Of a stretch of 59,103 nt of DNA, positions 45,612-57,217 are shown in pieces. The stretch comes from Atractiella rhizophila (Eukaryota): positions 1 to 59,103 of the forward strand of contig MU271442.1 in NCBI GenBank assembly GCA_021432655.1, read 5' to 3'. Below the pieces are notes generated by a model. The model did no database searches. It had not been told where the DNA came from and worked only from the letters and a program-made list of their open reading frames with translations. How positions within the stretch are numbered: position 1 is the stretch's first letter; each line of letters opens with the position of its first letter. A program made the translations under genes and the position numbers.

Positions 45612-47705
45612 ATGTAGTTTGATCGCTGAATGTATCCGTCGCTGACTTTGACTTGCATCTTCAGGGGTCTTCCGGACGAGTCAAAGGCAACGCCAGCATC
45701 AAAGTTGATTGCTAGATTTCAAGCTCTGTCGAAAGAAGACAAGCCGCTGACTCCCCGCACCTCCTTTGGTGGTGCAACACCCACATCGACCAATCAGCCA
45801 CTTCCACAATCTGCGCCGCGACTTTCTTCTGACACTCGGTCTCCCGAACCATCAATCGCAGCAGCCTTGCCGCCATCAGCACCTCCTTCTGAAAAGTCAG
45901 ATGAGAAGCCCAAGCAGGAAGAACAGACTGTTGCGGCGGAATCTGCCCCGGTACCACTCCCTTCTCCAATCTCTGTCCCCGAGACGAAGAGCAATCCTCC
46001 GGACGATGTTCAATCTCCCGGTGCAGAAGCAAGGAAGTCTGCAGACGGATCTCCAAGTCCTCCGGTGACATCTGCTTCGACTCCTAGGCTGCCGCCTCAT
46101 AGGAAAGGGACGACGTCCAGTTTTGCGACGCCTGTGGAGAAGCCAGTACCTGCCGGGAAGAAAGAGGTGAAGGCTCCTCGAGCTTCTGCCCCTGCGGCTG
46201 GGACGCCTGTCACCGCAGCTGTACCGGCAAGAAAAGTAGCTGCCTCCACCACGAGCACGAGCACAAGAGGGAAGGCGACCACGACAACCTCTTCATCACG
46301 TCCTTCGACGGCGACTACGACTACTACTGCTGCAACGTCCTCGCGCCGTTCGACCGCAAGCGCATCCACTGCGGCAAAGAAGACTCCCACCACTGCGACC
46401 GCTAAATCAGCATCTTCTTTGTCCAAAACCCCCTCTTCCACTTCGATGACGCGGACATCGTCTGCGACCAAGTCAGCTGCAACTAGCACCACTGCAGGCA
46501 CTCCGCGAGTTCGCCCTCGATCCGACTCAAACGCCTCCGCCGTCTCCACTTCCTCTCGATCTGCTCGGATTGCTAGGACAAGCAAGGAGCCAGTCCCTCC
46601 AGTCCCTAAGACGACAACAGCAGCCTCGAAGACCCTCTCGCCTCCCGCGACGACCAAGAGACCTGTTTCTCCACGTGCCGGTGCAACCCGATCAACTGCA
46701 TCTTCTTCCACTGCTACCACTCGGACAGCAGGCACTAGTTCAACCGCCACACCGGTTAAGAAAACAACTACCTCCACTACCACTACTGCGACCCCAATCA
46801 GGAAAACCGCCGCTACGACTAGTTCAACCGTCAAAAAAGCGGGAACTGGAGCTGCTGGAGCTGCCCAAGGTGCAAAGAAGGTAGTGAAGAAAGTGGGAGA
46901 AAAGGCTGGCCCTCCCAAGGGAGAGAATAAAGATAAGGAAGCACCATCCACGAGCGAGCCGGTACAGCCAGTGCTCGAGGAAAAGGCGAAGACAGAAGAG
47001 CCTGTTATCTCTGAGGATTCGACCGAGAAGGCCCCAGCTGAGCAGGAAATCCAGAATGAGGTGCAGGATATTGATTCGCCTCGCGCTGCGACGGAGGATC
47101 TTCAAGATGCTGCTGTGGCAGAGGAACCCCAAGATGCTGCAGCGACAGAGTTGCCTCAAGATGATGCTGCGATGGAGAACGCAGCTGATTTGGAAACTGT
47201 GGAAGGAACTCGGGAACCGAGTCAAACCCTTGATGAGGCTCAGGATGCAGATGCAGACCAAGGCGGAGAAGTTCCCACAGAAGGCTTTGCAGAGGAAGGG
47301 AATCCTGACGAAGGAGCAAACGATGAAGCTGAAGCCGAGGACCTCTCTCCCCATCAAGACATCACAAAGGGAGCAGAAACTCAAGAATCCATCGAAAGGG
47401 CTGAATCCGATAGGGTCGAAGAATCGGATGCAAAATCGACCATCGACGAAAGCAACGCTGATGAATCCGACCAGGGTGTCAAAAGTCAGGAAGGAAGCAT
47501 AGCGCGTGCCGACAATTCTTCAGAGACACAAGAGAACGAAAGTGAGCCGGCTGCTGCAAGTGAAACCCTTGTTCACGATTCCTCGCCAGACAACCCTCTT
47601 CACGACTCTGAAAATATTGCTGAGCCACAAACGGAACCGGCAAAATCGAACACAATCGAGGACAGTTCCGAGAAGGACATTGAAGCGGAGCATCAGCTGT
47701 CATAA
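45612..47705 (+). CDS. Large intrinsically disordered protein (~680 aa): Pro-rich N-terminus, basic Thr/Ser/Ala/Lys/Arg core, acidic C-terminal half
   Basis: 691-codon ORF. The first ORF codons look intronic (GCTGAC branch site, TTCAG acceptor at 45664). The true start is probably AT|G split by an intron. Confidence 0.7.
47103..47183 (+). repeat. Three 27-nt coding tandem repeats (QDAAVAEEP / QDAAATELP / QDDAAMENA)
   Basis: Each unit begins CAAGATG(C/A)TGC; visible directly. Confidence 0.85.
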
Positions 47706-48088
47706 TACGATTTCAACAGATCGATGAACGGATAGTCTTCCGATGGAAGAATGTGATATATAGTAACTGAGTCCTAGATACCCTGCAATCATTTCTCGTT
47801 TACCTACAACATAAATCTGACGAGGTTTGATCGCTTGGAAATATTCTGCAATCGACTGAGAACTCCTTTCTGTGTTTGTCTGTGGGTTATTTGAGTTTTT
47901 ATTCCGTCAACGGTTATATTTACTTCCTGTCATTCCTCAAAGTGTCAGGTTGCAATGGCAATTAGACTTTATACCACTTTTTTCTAGCACTAACTGCCGC
48001 GTCTGCGCAATACTTGATACCCAGTAAATTGTGTATCACAAGTTCATAACGTCTTTAACTTCCTTGAGATGGCTTGTGAGATGATTCT

Positions 48089-49456
48089 TTATAATTTCAC
48101 CACTTTCACAAGTACAGGAATAACAGCTCCGGTGACCAATGAAAAGGTTCGGTGACCTACCACTATATCCATACCGACATTAGCGCGCGCAAGATCTTAT
48201 CAGGAAAAGCATCCACACACCTCCAAGGGTCTCCCTGAGCGCTCCAGAATGACTGCTGTAAGCAACAATCTGAGCTGTGTTCCATGTTTCTTCTACCACC
48301 TCATCCATGAGAGTTTTGACTCTGACGGATAGCTCTGCGTCCGTCTCCCTGACATCGGGAGTCCAATAAGGATCCTGAAATGAGAATCCTTGCTCGAACT
48401 TGTACGCTGGCCAGCCTTCATGAATCCAGGTCTGGTTGTGACGTTCGTCGCAAGTGTGGACTCCGATCGCCTCCCTCAACTGATGATTGTTAGCTTATTA
48501 GTTTATCGAGACAGAGAGGGACATCGACACCTTTTCTTTGATCACAATCTTGTTAGATCCGGGAAGACCGCTCCAAGTCAGTTGGGCAGTATTGAGACAT
48601 CGACGGAGAGGAGAGGAATAGTATGCAGTAGGAAGGGATATCTTCTGTTCCTTCACTTCCTTCTTCCAAAAAGTATTTGCTTTCGTCGCCTGCGCGATCC
48701 CGTTCTCAGTAAGATCAGCGTCCATCCAAGTAATGGTGCCGTTCCCATCGAGTTTTGACCAGTAGTCCTTAAAACAAGATTTCAGTCCGCTCCTGTCCAC
48801 GAAGAGAGAAGTGGACGCACATCCCACGCTGGTGTGCCATAATACGATTCTGCTACATTATGGTATCCCTCTCCATGTCTAGCCATAAAGAAGAGCTTGT
48901 ATCGAACGTTTTCGCCCGTTATCCACCCGCTGATTAGGTGTTTGGTATTGAGGGCAGTGAGGAAGAGGTTGAACTTCTGCCATTGGGTCAAGAGCTTGAA
49001 AGGATCGAGAATGTCGGTTGGGTAGGAGCGATTGATGAGGCCAAAGTTGACTGTCGACTTCCGAGTTGTAAATAGTATCAGTATTGCACGCCGTCGGGAA
49101 AGGGCACATACATAGTCGAAAGTGGAAGGGTCAGTGGCCGGATCGTCTTGAAGGAAGAAACCCGAGACTGTAGTGTAATTGTACACTGCTGGCTTCTTCG
49201 AAGCGGTGGAAGCAATCCCGCGTGATGATATAGTAGCCGCCTTGGCGTAGAAGGAGAGAAGGAAGAGAACGACTGCAAGCGAAAACATGATGGTGGCACC
49301 AGGTCTGTTGCGAAGAAGAGCCCAAGGAGTGTTTCGCGAGCGGGTGCCATTCTTAAAGCCATGTCTGGCAGCTTTTGTGTCTTTGAGTGACTCTGGAACG
49401 TGCCCTGTCCACGATCGACTACTCTTGGACTGACCGGAAGAATCGCGTGGAGCCAT
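48089..49456 (-). CDS. PMU1: Histidine phosphatase / phosphoglycerate-mutase-like protein, Pmu1 family, with an N-terminal hydrophobic segment
   Basis: MARHGEGYHN, DADLTENGIAQA, SSPLRRCLNTA, LREAIGVHTCDER and SSHSG motifs. Hydrophobic MFSLAVVLFLLSFYAKA near the N-terminus. Confidence 0.88.
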
Positions 49457-49719
49457 CTGCGTTAGTAAATTAGTGGCTTGCGTGCTGAGCAGAATGACAT
49501 TCCGCTGCTTCCCGTAAAGCTGCGTAGGCAGATGAACCCTGTGCGAAGATGTTCTGTTTCTTCAGATTTTCAGGTGCAAGTTCCAAGTTGGTGGTCGGAA
49601 AAGCGCATCGTGGATGGGCAACGAAGGGATAGAATACCTAAATCACAACCACCCACTATTCTTCCGAGATTCTTCTCATCCCGCGAGTGACAGCTGATAC
49701 TGTAAGATACAAAATAGCA

Positions 49720-50438
49720 ATGTCTGCTTTCCAACTGCTCCGTCCCCTTCCCAAAGATCTTAGTCGTCTTACCATCCTCGACTCTTCCTTTAACCCACCT
49801 ACAATCGCACACCTGTCGCTCCTCCGTCTCTGTCCTCCCCCTTACCTTTTATTACACTCCACCACGAACGCAGACAAAGGTTCTTCCTCTTCCGTATCGC
49901 ACAACCGCGTCCAGCTGATGGCAGCATTCGCTCAGTCCATATCTGAAGATGTCGGCATTGCGTTGGTAGGAGAACCATATTTCGTACCCAAGTCGAAATT
50001 GGTGAGAGATGCGCTAGGGATGGGAGGGAAGGAGATCAGTTGGGTAGTCGGGTTCGACACTGTCGTCAGGATCTATAATGAGCGATATTACGGGGGATCG
50101 AAGGAGGAAATGACACAACAGCTGCAAGGATTCTTTGAAGAGAGCAACAGGCTGGTTTGTGCTGATAGGGGAGAAGACAGCGGAGAGTTTTGGAGGATGG
50201 GAGAGGTCAGGATGGCTGTTGAACTGGAGTGGCTGTTGAGGAGGGATGCGGTTTCTGATGCTGGAATCAGTAGTACAGTAAGTCCAGAATTTGCTTGCCG
50301 GAGGACACAACCTGATTTGAAGCGTAGGCGGTGAGACATGCTGTTTTAGACGGAAATTGGGACCTCGTAGAACAAATTTGTGGAAAAGAGGTGACGAAAG
50401 TAGTCAAAGAATTGAAGTTGTATCAATCTGCCTCATGA
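49720..50438 (+). CDS. POF1: Pof1-like nucleotidyltransferase (NMN adenylyltransferase, HxGH superfamily)
   Basis: LDSSFNPPTIAH, TNADK, PYFVPKS, VGFDTVVRI...RYY, GISST|AVR. One intron at ~50278-50327. Confidence 0.82.
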
Positions 50439-51271
50439 TGTACCCTCTTTCAATGTATTTCAACGTCGACAGTTGATGTAGACTTTTGACTTGTTGACGA
50501 GTCTTTTCTGGACAAAGTGAACAACCACAAGCTTATGCTCATGAACAATACCAAAAACCCAGTGCTTCCCAAAGCAGTTGATGCAAGTAGCGGGGAAATG
50601 CTCAAGTGAGACGTTCAATAGCTCCTTTGCCGCCCAGCGTAATGGGGAGTACATCTTGTGGAATCTTCTTACAGTACACGATAGAGAAGAAAGCGAAACA
50701 CTTGTCAATTGCAAGAAGCTGCGTGCACCTATCCGCATCTGAAAAAGGAGAACGGCTTTCATGCCCTGCACACGCCAAATTTAAAGAGTTATGTCTTTCG
50801 ACAGTATACTCGAAGCTTTCTAAGCATTGAACCACTAAATCTGGAGCTCCCAGATATGAACGAGTCATACTTGATGGTCATTCGTTGTGATTGAGTTAGG
50901 CATCATCGCATCATCGACCATCATTAACGTCATCATTATTGTTCCCTCCCAGTCGATCTAGTTCGTTTCTCCTCCTCCAAGTTCTCCTCCTTTACGGCGC
51001 TTATACCCTCAGGTGCCATTCCCAAAGGAAGAATCAGATTCTTGTAAAGTATTACCGTCTTCTAAAAAGCTATAAGGCTATCACAATCAGACAATCACTC
51101 CAAGACTTCAAAGCTCAAACGGATACCAGCAACAGTTACCAAGTGCTCATTAACGCTGTCATAGTACACACAGGCTAGGTGCGCCATTTTCCAGCCGTGG
51201 TGCATGGGCAGATTTGTGATTTCAAAAGAAAGCGTTCCTCAGTACACCGCTCGCGTCTACCTCCTGTTACA

Positions 51272-54184
51272 ATGTCTTCGCACAGGGACAGAGAAGAGAG
51301 GAAGTCGAAGAAGCGTCACAGAGACGATGAAGATCGCAAAGAGCGCAAGAAGACGCGAAAACGGGAGAAGAAACTGAAGATTGTCGATGACGACGGTTCT
51401 GGGGACGAATACGAATGGGCTGAGAAAGCGCCTGTTGCTAGTACTTCAGGGTCTAACGTAGAAGGTAGCGAACCATTCATTGTAGGTATCTAACATAGCA
51501 ACTGGAGTTTGAACTTATTGCTGTATTTCGGTAGCCACCGTCGATCTCCTCTATTCCGACAGCTGCAGCTAACGCGTTAACATCTTCCTCCGCCCCATCC
51601 ACCGTTCCACCGTATCTCCCTCACTCAACTCATTCTGCGTCCAAAATCACGGATTCTATGCTAGACGAGGCACCCATAAGCGTCCCTGTGGAAATGGACG
51701 GAAGACACGAAGTAGACGGCGGAACATTTGCTGTCGGCTCCATGCCTTCCAAAAGGTCTCGTCCTTGGGAGATGGAGAAGGAAGACTACACCGGAGGATA
51801 CGGCGAGGGAGACGTCGGAAGCTCGACGGCAGAAGGAGGCAAAGGCATGTTTGGAATTGGGGACTTTGGAGATTTGGGCCGGGAGAGGAAGAAAAAGGAG
51901 AAAGGGCTAGCACCCGCGCCTGAAGAAATGTTAGGGAAGAGCGCAAGAGAACTTAATCGGGATTATTGGAGGAAGGGTGAAATCCCTTCTACCACGAAGG
52001 ATGGTAACGGCGGCAGCGGTGCCAGTACCCCAGTCGCTGGATCAGCTGGCTCCTCTTGGAGGATCACGAAACTCAAGAGGCTCTATGAAGCGCACGAAGA
52101 CGACCCTTCCATCCCACTCGAAGAACTCGCTATCGACCGATTTGGGTCGATGGAGGCCTTCCGTGCTGTGGAGGAGGAGAAGCGGATCGTGGATGCTCGC
52201 GAAGATCGCCGTAGTGAAAGAAAAGGAGGAGCCGGTGGTGGGAAGGGGTCGTATTTCTCTTCCGAGCCAGGAGGCGGAAGTCGAATGGGTCCGAGGTACA
52301 GCTTTGAGGGAGGAAGCGGCATGCGTTCTTCCAGCTTTCGAAAACCGGGAGAGTCGCCTCTCGCGACCCCTACACCGTCAGGAGCGCAAAGTAGACAAGC
52401 GTCCAAACCATCCACTCCCGTTCCTTCCGTATTTACTCCCACTCAAGCTACTCTGGCGGCTGTCTCAAGGCAAAGTAGTAAGCTTGCTGCCGTCGACACC
52501 ATGTCTTCGGCCACGATGGAAACGATAACACGCCCAGTTTTGGATTCGGGATCGAAGAAAATGACGCAGAGCGAGTTGAACAAACTGCAGGCGAAGATTT
52601 TGAAAGCGAAGCTGGTAGATCCAGAAGGGAAGAAGGTGAAAGAGTTGGAGAAAGAGTACGAAGACGCCTTGGCTGTCGGTGTGAGAGAAGAAATGCCTGG
52701 AGAACTTGAGAATGGTGGGAAGGAGGTTAGAGTACTTCCAACCCTGGATGGGAGAGGAAGATTGTACGATGTCGGAACTGGACAAGGAGGCGAGGATGGC
52801 GAAGGCGCGGAGGATAAGCGGGCTAGGAAGAAGCGAAAGAGGGAAGAAGAAAAGGTGCTTGGTTCTTTCTCAGTATTACTAACTGCTGACGATGTGATAG
52901 TTTGAAACCCGAGATTTGAAGACTGGAGAAGTGCTTCGATACAACAAGGACGACGACTCGATGACTCTGGAGGAGCTTGTTCGTCAAGAACGCTTTGGCG
53001 GAGGAGCGGCGGACCAAAAGAACCTTGACTCTGAGCTTGCATCTCGAATAACGAAAGATGGGAAGTTTGAGGTGTGTCTTTCCCCCTCCATCACATCAGT
53101 GCATGACTGAGCATCGATGTCGCAGGATGACCTTGATTACATGGACGACAACGCCGACCGTCTCGCGCGTAAGAAGATGAAGACGGATGCGATGAAGCGT
53201 CGGTTCGCGGTCCAAGACTTTGCTCGGACTAAGAAGGCGCTCGAGAATTGTTCCTTCTGCTACGGTGATGATGGAGTCACCCTACCAAAGGCTGGGATGG
53301 TTGCTTTGGGCACGAGGGCCTATCTCGCAGTGACAGAATTTGAGGAGCTCACGGAAGGTCACTGCATCATTGTGCCACTTCAGCATCATCTTAATATGCT
53401 TGAAGCCGACGATGAGACTTGGGAGGAGGTCAAGGTATTGTCTCTCTATACAAACGAAAGATGATGGCTGATATTAGGTTCAAGAACTTTATGAAAACTT
53501 TGATGCAGATGTTCGCTTCTCAGGATAAAGGCGTTATCTTTTTTGAGACGGTCATCTCTTTCAAACAACAAAGGCACACATTCGTTGAATGCATTCCCGT
53601 TCCTTGGTCGCTGTATGATGACAGTCCTGCCTATTTCAAGGTAAGCATATTGCCATGATAGTTAGTAATTAGGTTGATTGCTTGAGCCTAGGAAGCCATC
53701 GTTACTTCCGAAGAGGAGTGGAGCCAACACAAAAAGCTGATCGACTTCGAGAAACGGGGCTGGAGAAGATCGATGGTCGCCACGCTCCCCTATTTTGCTG
53801 TCTGGTGGGATTATAAAGCGAACAAGGGTCTGTCAAACCATTTATATCCTGCTTGTGAAGCTGATGGACTCGTCAGGCTATGGGCATGTGATTGAGGGAG
53901 TCGATGGGCCTGAGGGCGGAGGTGACGGATATGAAGATAATGAGCAAAGGTCTGGAGGTGGAGAGTTCCCTCGGTCCGTTCGCTCATTCTCCCTTCTCAT
54001 CTTGCTGCTCACGCATCCTTCTAGATATTTTGCTACTGAGATCATTGGCAACATGCTTGAGCTGGAGCCGCGGAGGTGGAGGAAACCAAGACGCATCGAC
54101 CGCTCTCGTAATCCGGAGAGGGTGAAGGCGTTCCAGAAGATGTACGATTCGTTCAATTGGACCAAAATGCTCAAAGAGGAGTAA
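51272..54184 (+). CDS. CWF19: CWF19-like 2 / Cwf19 spliceosome-associated protein (CwfJ C-terminal domains)
   Basis: GSSWRITKLKR, ELNKLQAKILKAKL, LPTLDGRGRLYDVG, MTLEELVRQE, C..C (NCSFCY), GHCIIVPLQH, HTFVECIPVP, EWSQHKKLIDF, GYGHVIE, FATEIIGNMLELEP..WRKP. Confidence 0.93.
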
Positions 54185-54563
54185 TTAACGTTGTTACCTG
54201 CCGCTACTTTATTAAATTCGAGGTGTTGCATGAAGCGTATAATAACACTTGTCCCAGCTGTCATGAAAGTATTTGGCGTTGTTGACGCAAGTTGGTGCGT
54301 CCTGCTCGGTACCTTGTGCGGAAGCGGATGCGGTGAACTTGAACATCGTTCCCACCAAGTACCTGGACCACAAACAACAGCGTCTGCCCTGAACCAAGCC
54401 CCGATCCGTGCCAACGCCTTACGCTGCCTTCGAGCTCACTCTTCTACTGCATTCTCGACCCCAGAAATTCAGAATCGCCGTTTAAAAAATTCACGACTCA
54501 CACGATACCATCATCGATCTTTGAAAATTTCCTAATCATTAAAGAACTTACAGCTGCTCAAGT

Positions 54564-56783
54564 ATGGGACAAACGCTCAGCGAGCCTCTGACGGAGAAGA
54601 AGAGCTTCAATGGGGAGGATGACGATCTCTACTTCGGTGTGAGCGAGATGCAGGGTTGGCGGTTGGGTCAGCGTTCCTTCCTTTTCCGTGAACAACGGGT
54701 CGCTTTGGCGATTTAAAGCCACTCTCAAAATCTGCATTATAGCATAGATTCACGTGTAGTTATCCACGCATTGAACATGCAAGATGACTCGCCACTCAGT
54801 TGCTGACTGTTGCTCTGCGGACATTTAGGGATGGAGGACTCCCACGCGCACGTCCTAGCCCTCAATTCGGCTTCCCCAAAACCCACAAAGGCATCTTTCT
54901 TCGCCGTGTATGATGGCCATGGTGGTAAGCGTCGCCGGTTCTGGGAGCTGGCGTGTCACGAACTGACCGTGGAATAAGGTGTGTCCGTCGCGCGATATGC
55001 CGGGGCGAACCTGCACAACAAGCTGGCTGAATCTTCAGAGTTTAAGGAAGGAAAGTGGGAAGATAGTTTGCGGAAAAGTTTCCTGGCCACAGATGAAGTC
55101 ATTCGAGCTGGTACGCCTCTTTCTCTTTCTCGACGTCAGCGATTGAACGTGGTGTTGTGACAGATCCACAATTTCAAGGTGATCCGTCAGGGTGTACGGC
55201 TGTTGCTGCACTTGTGACGGAGACAAGAAGATCTACGTCGTACGTCCATACAGTTATCTCCCTTGAGAACGCACAGGAAAATTGATGATTGTGCGTTGTA
55301 GGCCAACGCTGGAGACTCTCGCTCCGTCTTATGTTCTGGTGGAGTAGCAAAACCATTATCTTTCGACCATAAGCCTGTTAACAAGACCGAGAACGCTCGG
55401 ATCGTAGCCGCTGGTGGCTTTGTTGAATTCGGACGTGTCAACGGTACACCACTCGTTTTCATAAGATTCAAGCAGACTGATGGTTTCGTAGGTAACTTGG
55501 CGCTGTCTAGAGCAATCGGGGATTTTGAATATAAAAAGAATACAAGTTTAGGACCTGAGGCTCAAATCGTCACCGCCAATCCAGACATCACGGTGCATGA
55601 TATCACAGACGAAGATGAATTTCTCATCCTCGCTTGCGACGGTACTTATCCACCTCCCTTACCCGTCCAAGATCAATGCTAACATGTCGTGACGGATAGG
55701 CATTTGGGACGTCCTTACGTCTCAACAAACGTGCGACTTCATCCGGCGCCAAATCGCACAGAAAACTGAACTCGAAAAAATCTGCGAGAACCTAATGGAC
55801 AAATGTCTTGCTCCCGACTCAGATTGGGGAGGAGTGGGATGCGACAACATGACCGTCCTCGTCGTTGCGCTCCTGAATGGTAGGACGAAGGAACAGTGGT
55901 ACGATTGGGTCAAAGAGCGCGTCGACAATAAAGTGGGTCATGATACGCCTGAAAGTGTTCAAGATCCCTTCACGAGGAGGAGTAATTTGGGTTACGGAGC
56001 CTTCGGACGTGGCGGTCCACTGTCTGGAACATTGGGAGGCGGCAGTGGGATTGTGATGAATAGCTTTGGTGGAAGCAGATTTGGCGGACATGACGAGTGA
56101 GTCGATCATTTCTTTGCGATATTGTAATGGGGTGTGTTAGTGTGTTTCTTGTTGGCACTGCGACTATTTATTATTTATCGCGTGTTTCTTGACGAGAGAG
56201 CTTTTGTTCATCATCCGTTGTCCAAAAAGCCACTGTTGGTTCGCAGTATACCTTCATTTGCGACTTTACGTGCGATCTTTCTTTGCGACCAAAGCATCAT
56301 TGCCTGTCCAAAAAGTAATATCAAAGGAGAGGTCCTGTACACTATCCAGAAGACCAGTCAAAGTCGTTCAATCAGATTCCCTGCTTCCTTTCCATTCTGT
56401 GATTGCTCCCTGCCAGAACAGCCCACTTACCACAAATTTGAAGCAGTTCTGAAGAAGACGGATTGAACGATCTCACGCTTCCTCAGTTTACAGAGTTGCT
56501 CCGTTCTCAAGGAATGAATCTCAGGTTCTCGACGTTGGATGACGATGATTCCTTGATGGAAGAAGAAGAACAGGGAACTCCTAAACCGGAATCTGACTCA
56601 GACAAGATCAAAGTCAAAACCTCAAACAGGCCTGCCACTCCTGAACTCGTTCAAAGCCCGAGCAGCATCACCGACGACACTTTCCCTCCTGTGGGCAGGA
56701 TGCAGCCAGACAAATTTGTTGGCGAAGGTCCCGAAGGCTCAAAGAAGGTATTAGATGATGTGGTCGTTGGACCTCACGATTAA
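54564..56783 (+). CDS. PTC2: Protein phosphatase 2C, Ptc2/Ptc3 type
   Basis: [84 protein letters not shown]. Last exon 56447-56783 follows a 350-nt intron. Confidence 0.95.
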
Positions 56784-57217
56784 TCTATTTAAGTCTCGAT
56801 TTCAAGCCTTTATGTTCTCGTCTCATATCGCGCTCATGTAACATTAAATGCCTGGCTACTTGATGCTGCTCTATCTACTTCCATTCATCGCTTTCCCGCC
56901 CCGCTCTTATTTTTCTTTGCTTCTCTTCTTCCACTTCTCGATGTATACCCTAGGGTTGCAGTTGGTTTGTTGGTGATATTAGATGCGACGTCTGAGTAAA
57001 GCAGGGCAGCTGACAGTTAGTCATTTGTTGAACACTTTCTCTCCCAGACAGACTTGTTGTAGATACGTAGTGTGTGCTAACTATGTTGCATTGAGATAGT
57101 TTGGTTCGCAACTCCAACTCAACGATGAGAAGATAATAAAGGAGTGTGATTTCACTCAAGTAATAACACTAGCGGGAAACACAAAGGTTTCTTTTACTCT
57201 GAACTGTCTGTCCATGT

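Noticed and set aside
46097..47384. Long minus-strand ORFs (284 aa, 186 aa) rich in Val/Ala or Leu/Phe
   Set aside because: Antisense shadows of the low-complexity plus-strand gene. The same applies to 25216..25803, 52443..53042, 11410..12021 and 162..674.
48080..48105. PMU1 C-terminus VKL* as a peroxisomal PTS1; stop-codon readthrough extensions in neighbouring enzymes
   Set aside because: VKL is non-consensus and the protein has an N-terminal signal/TM. No TGA-CTA readthrough context leading to a PTS1 at the stop codons I checked.
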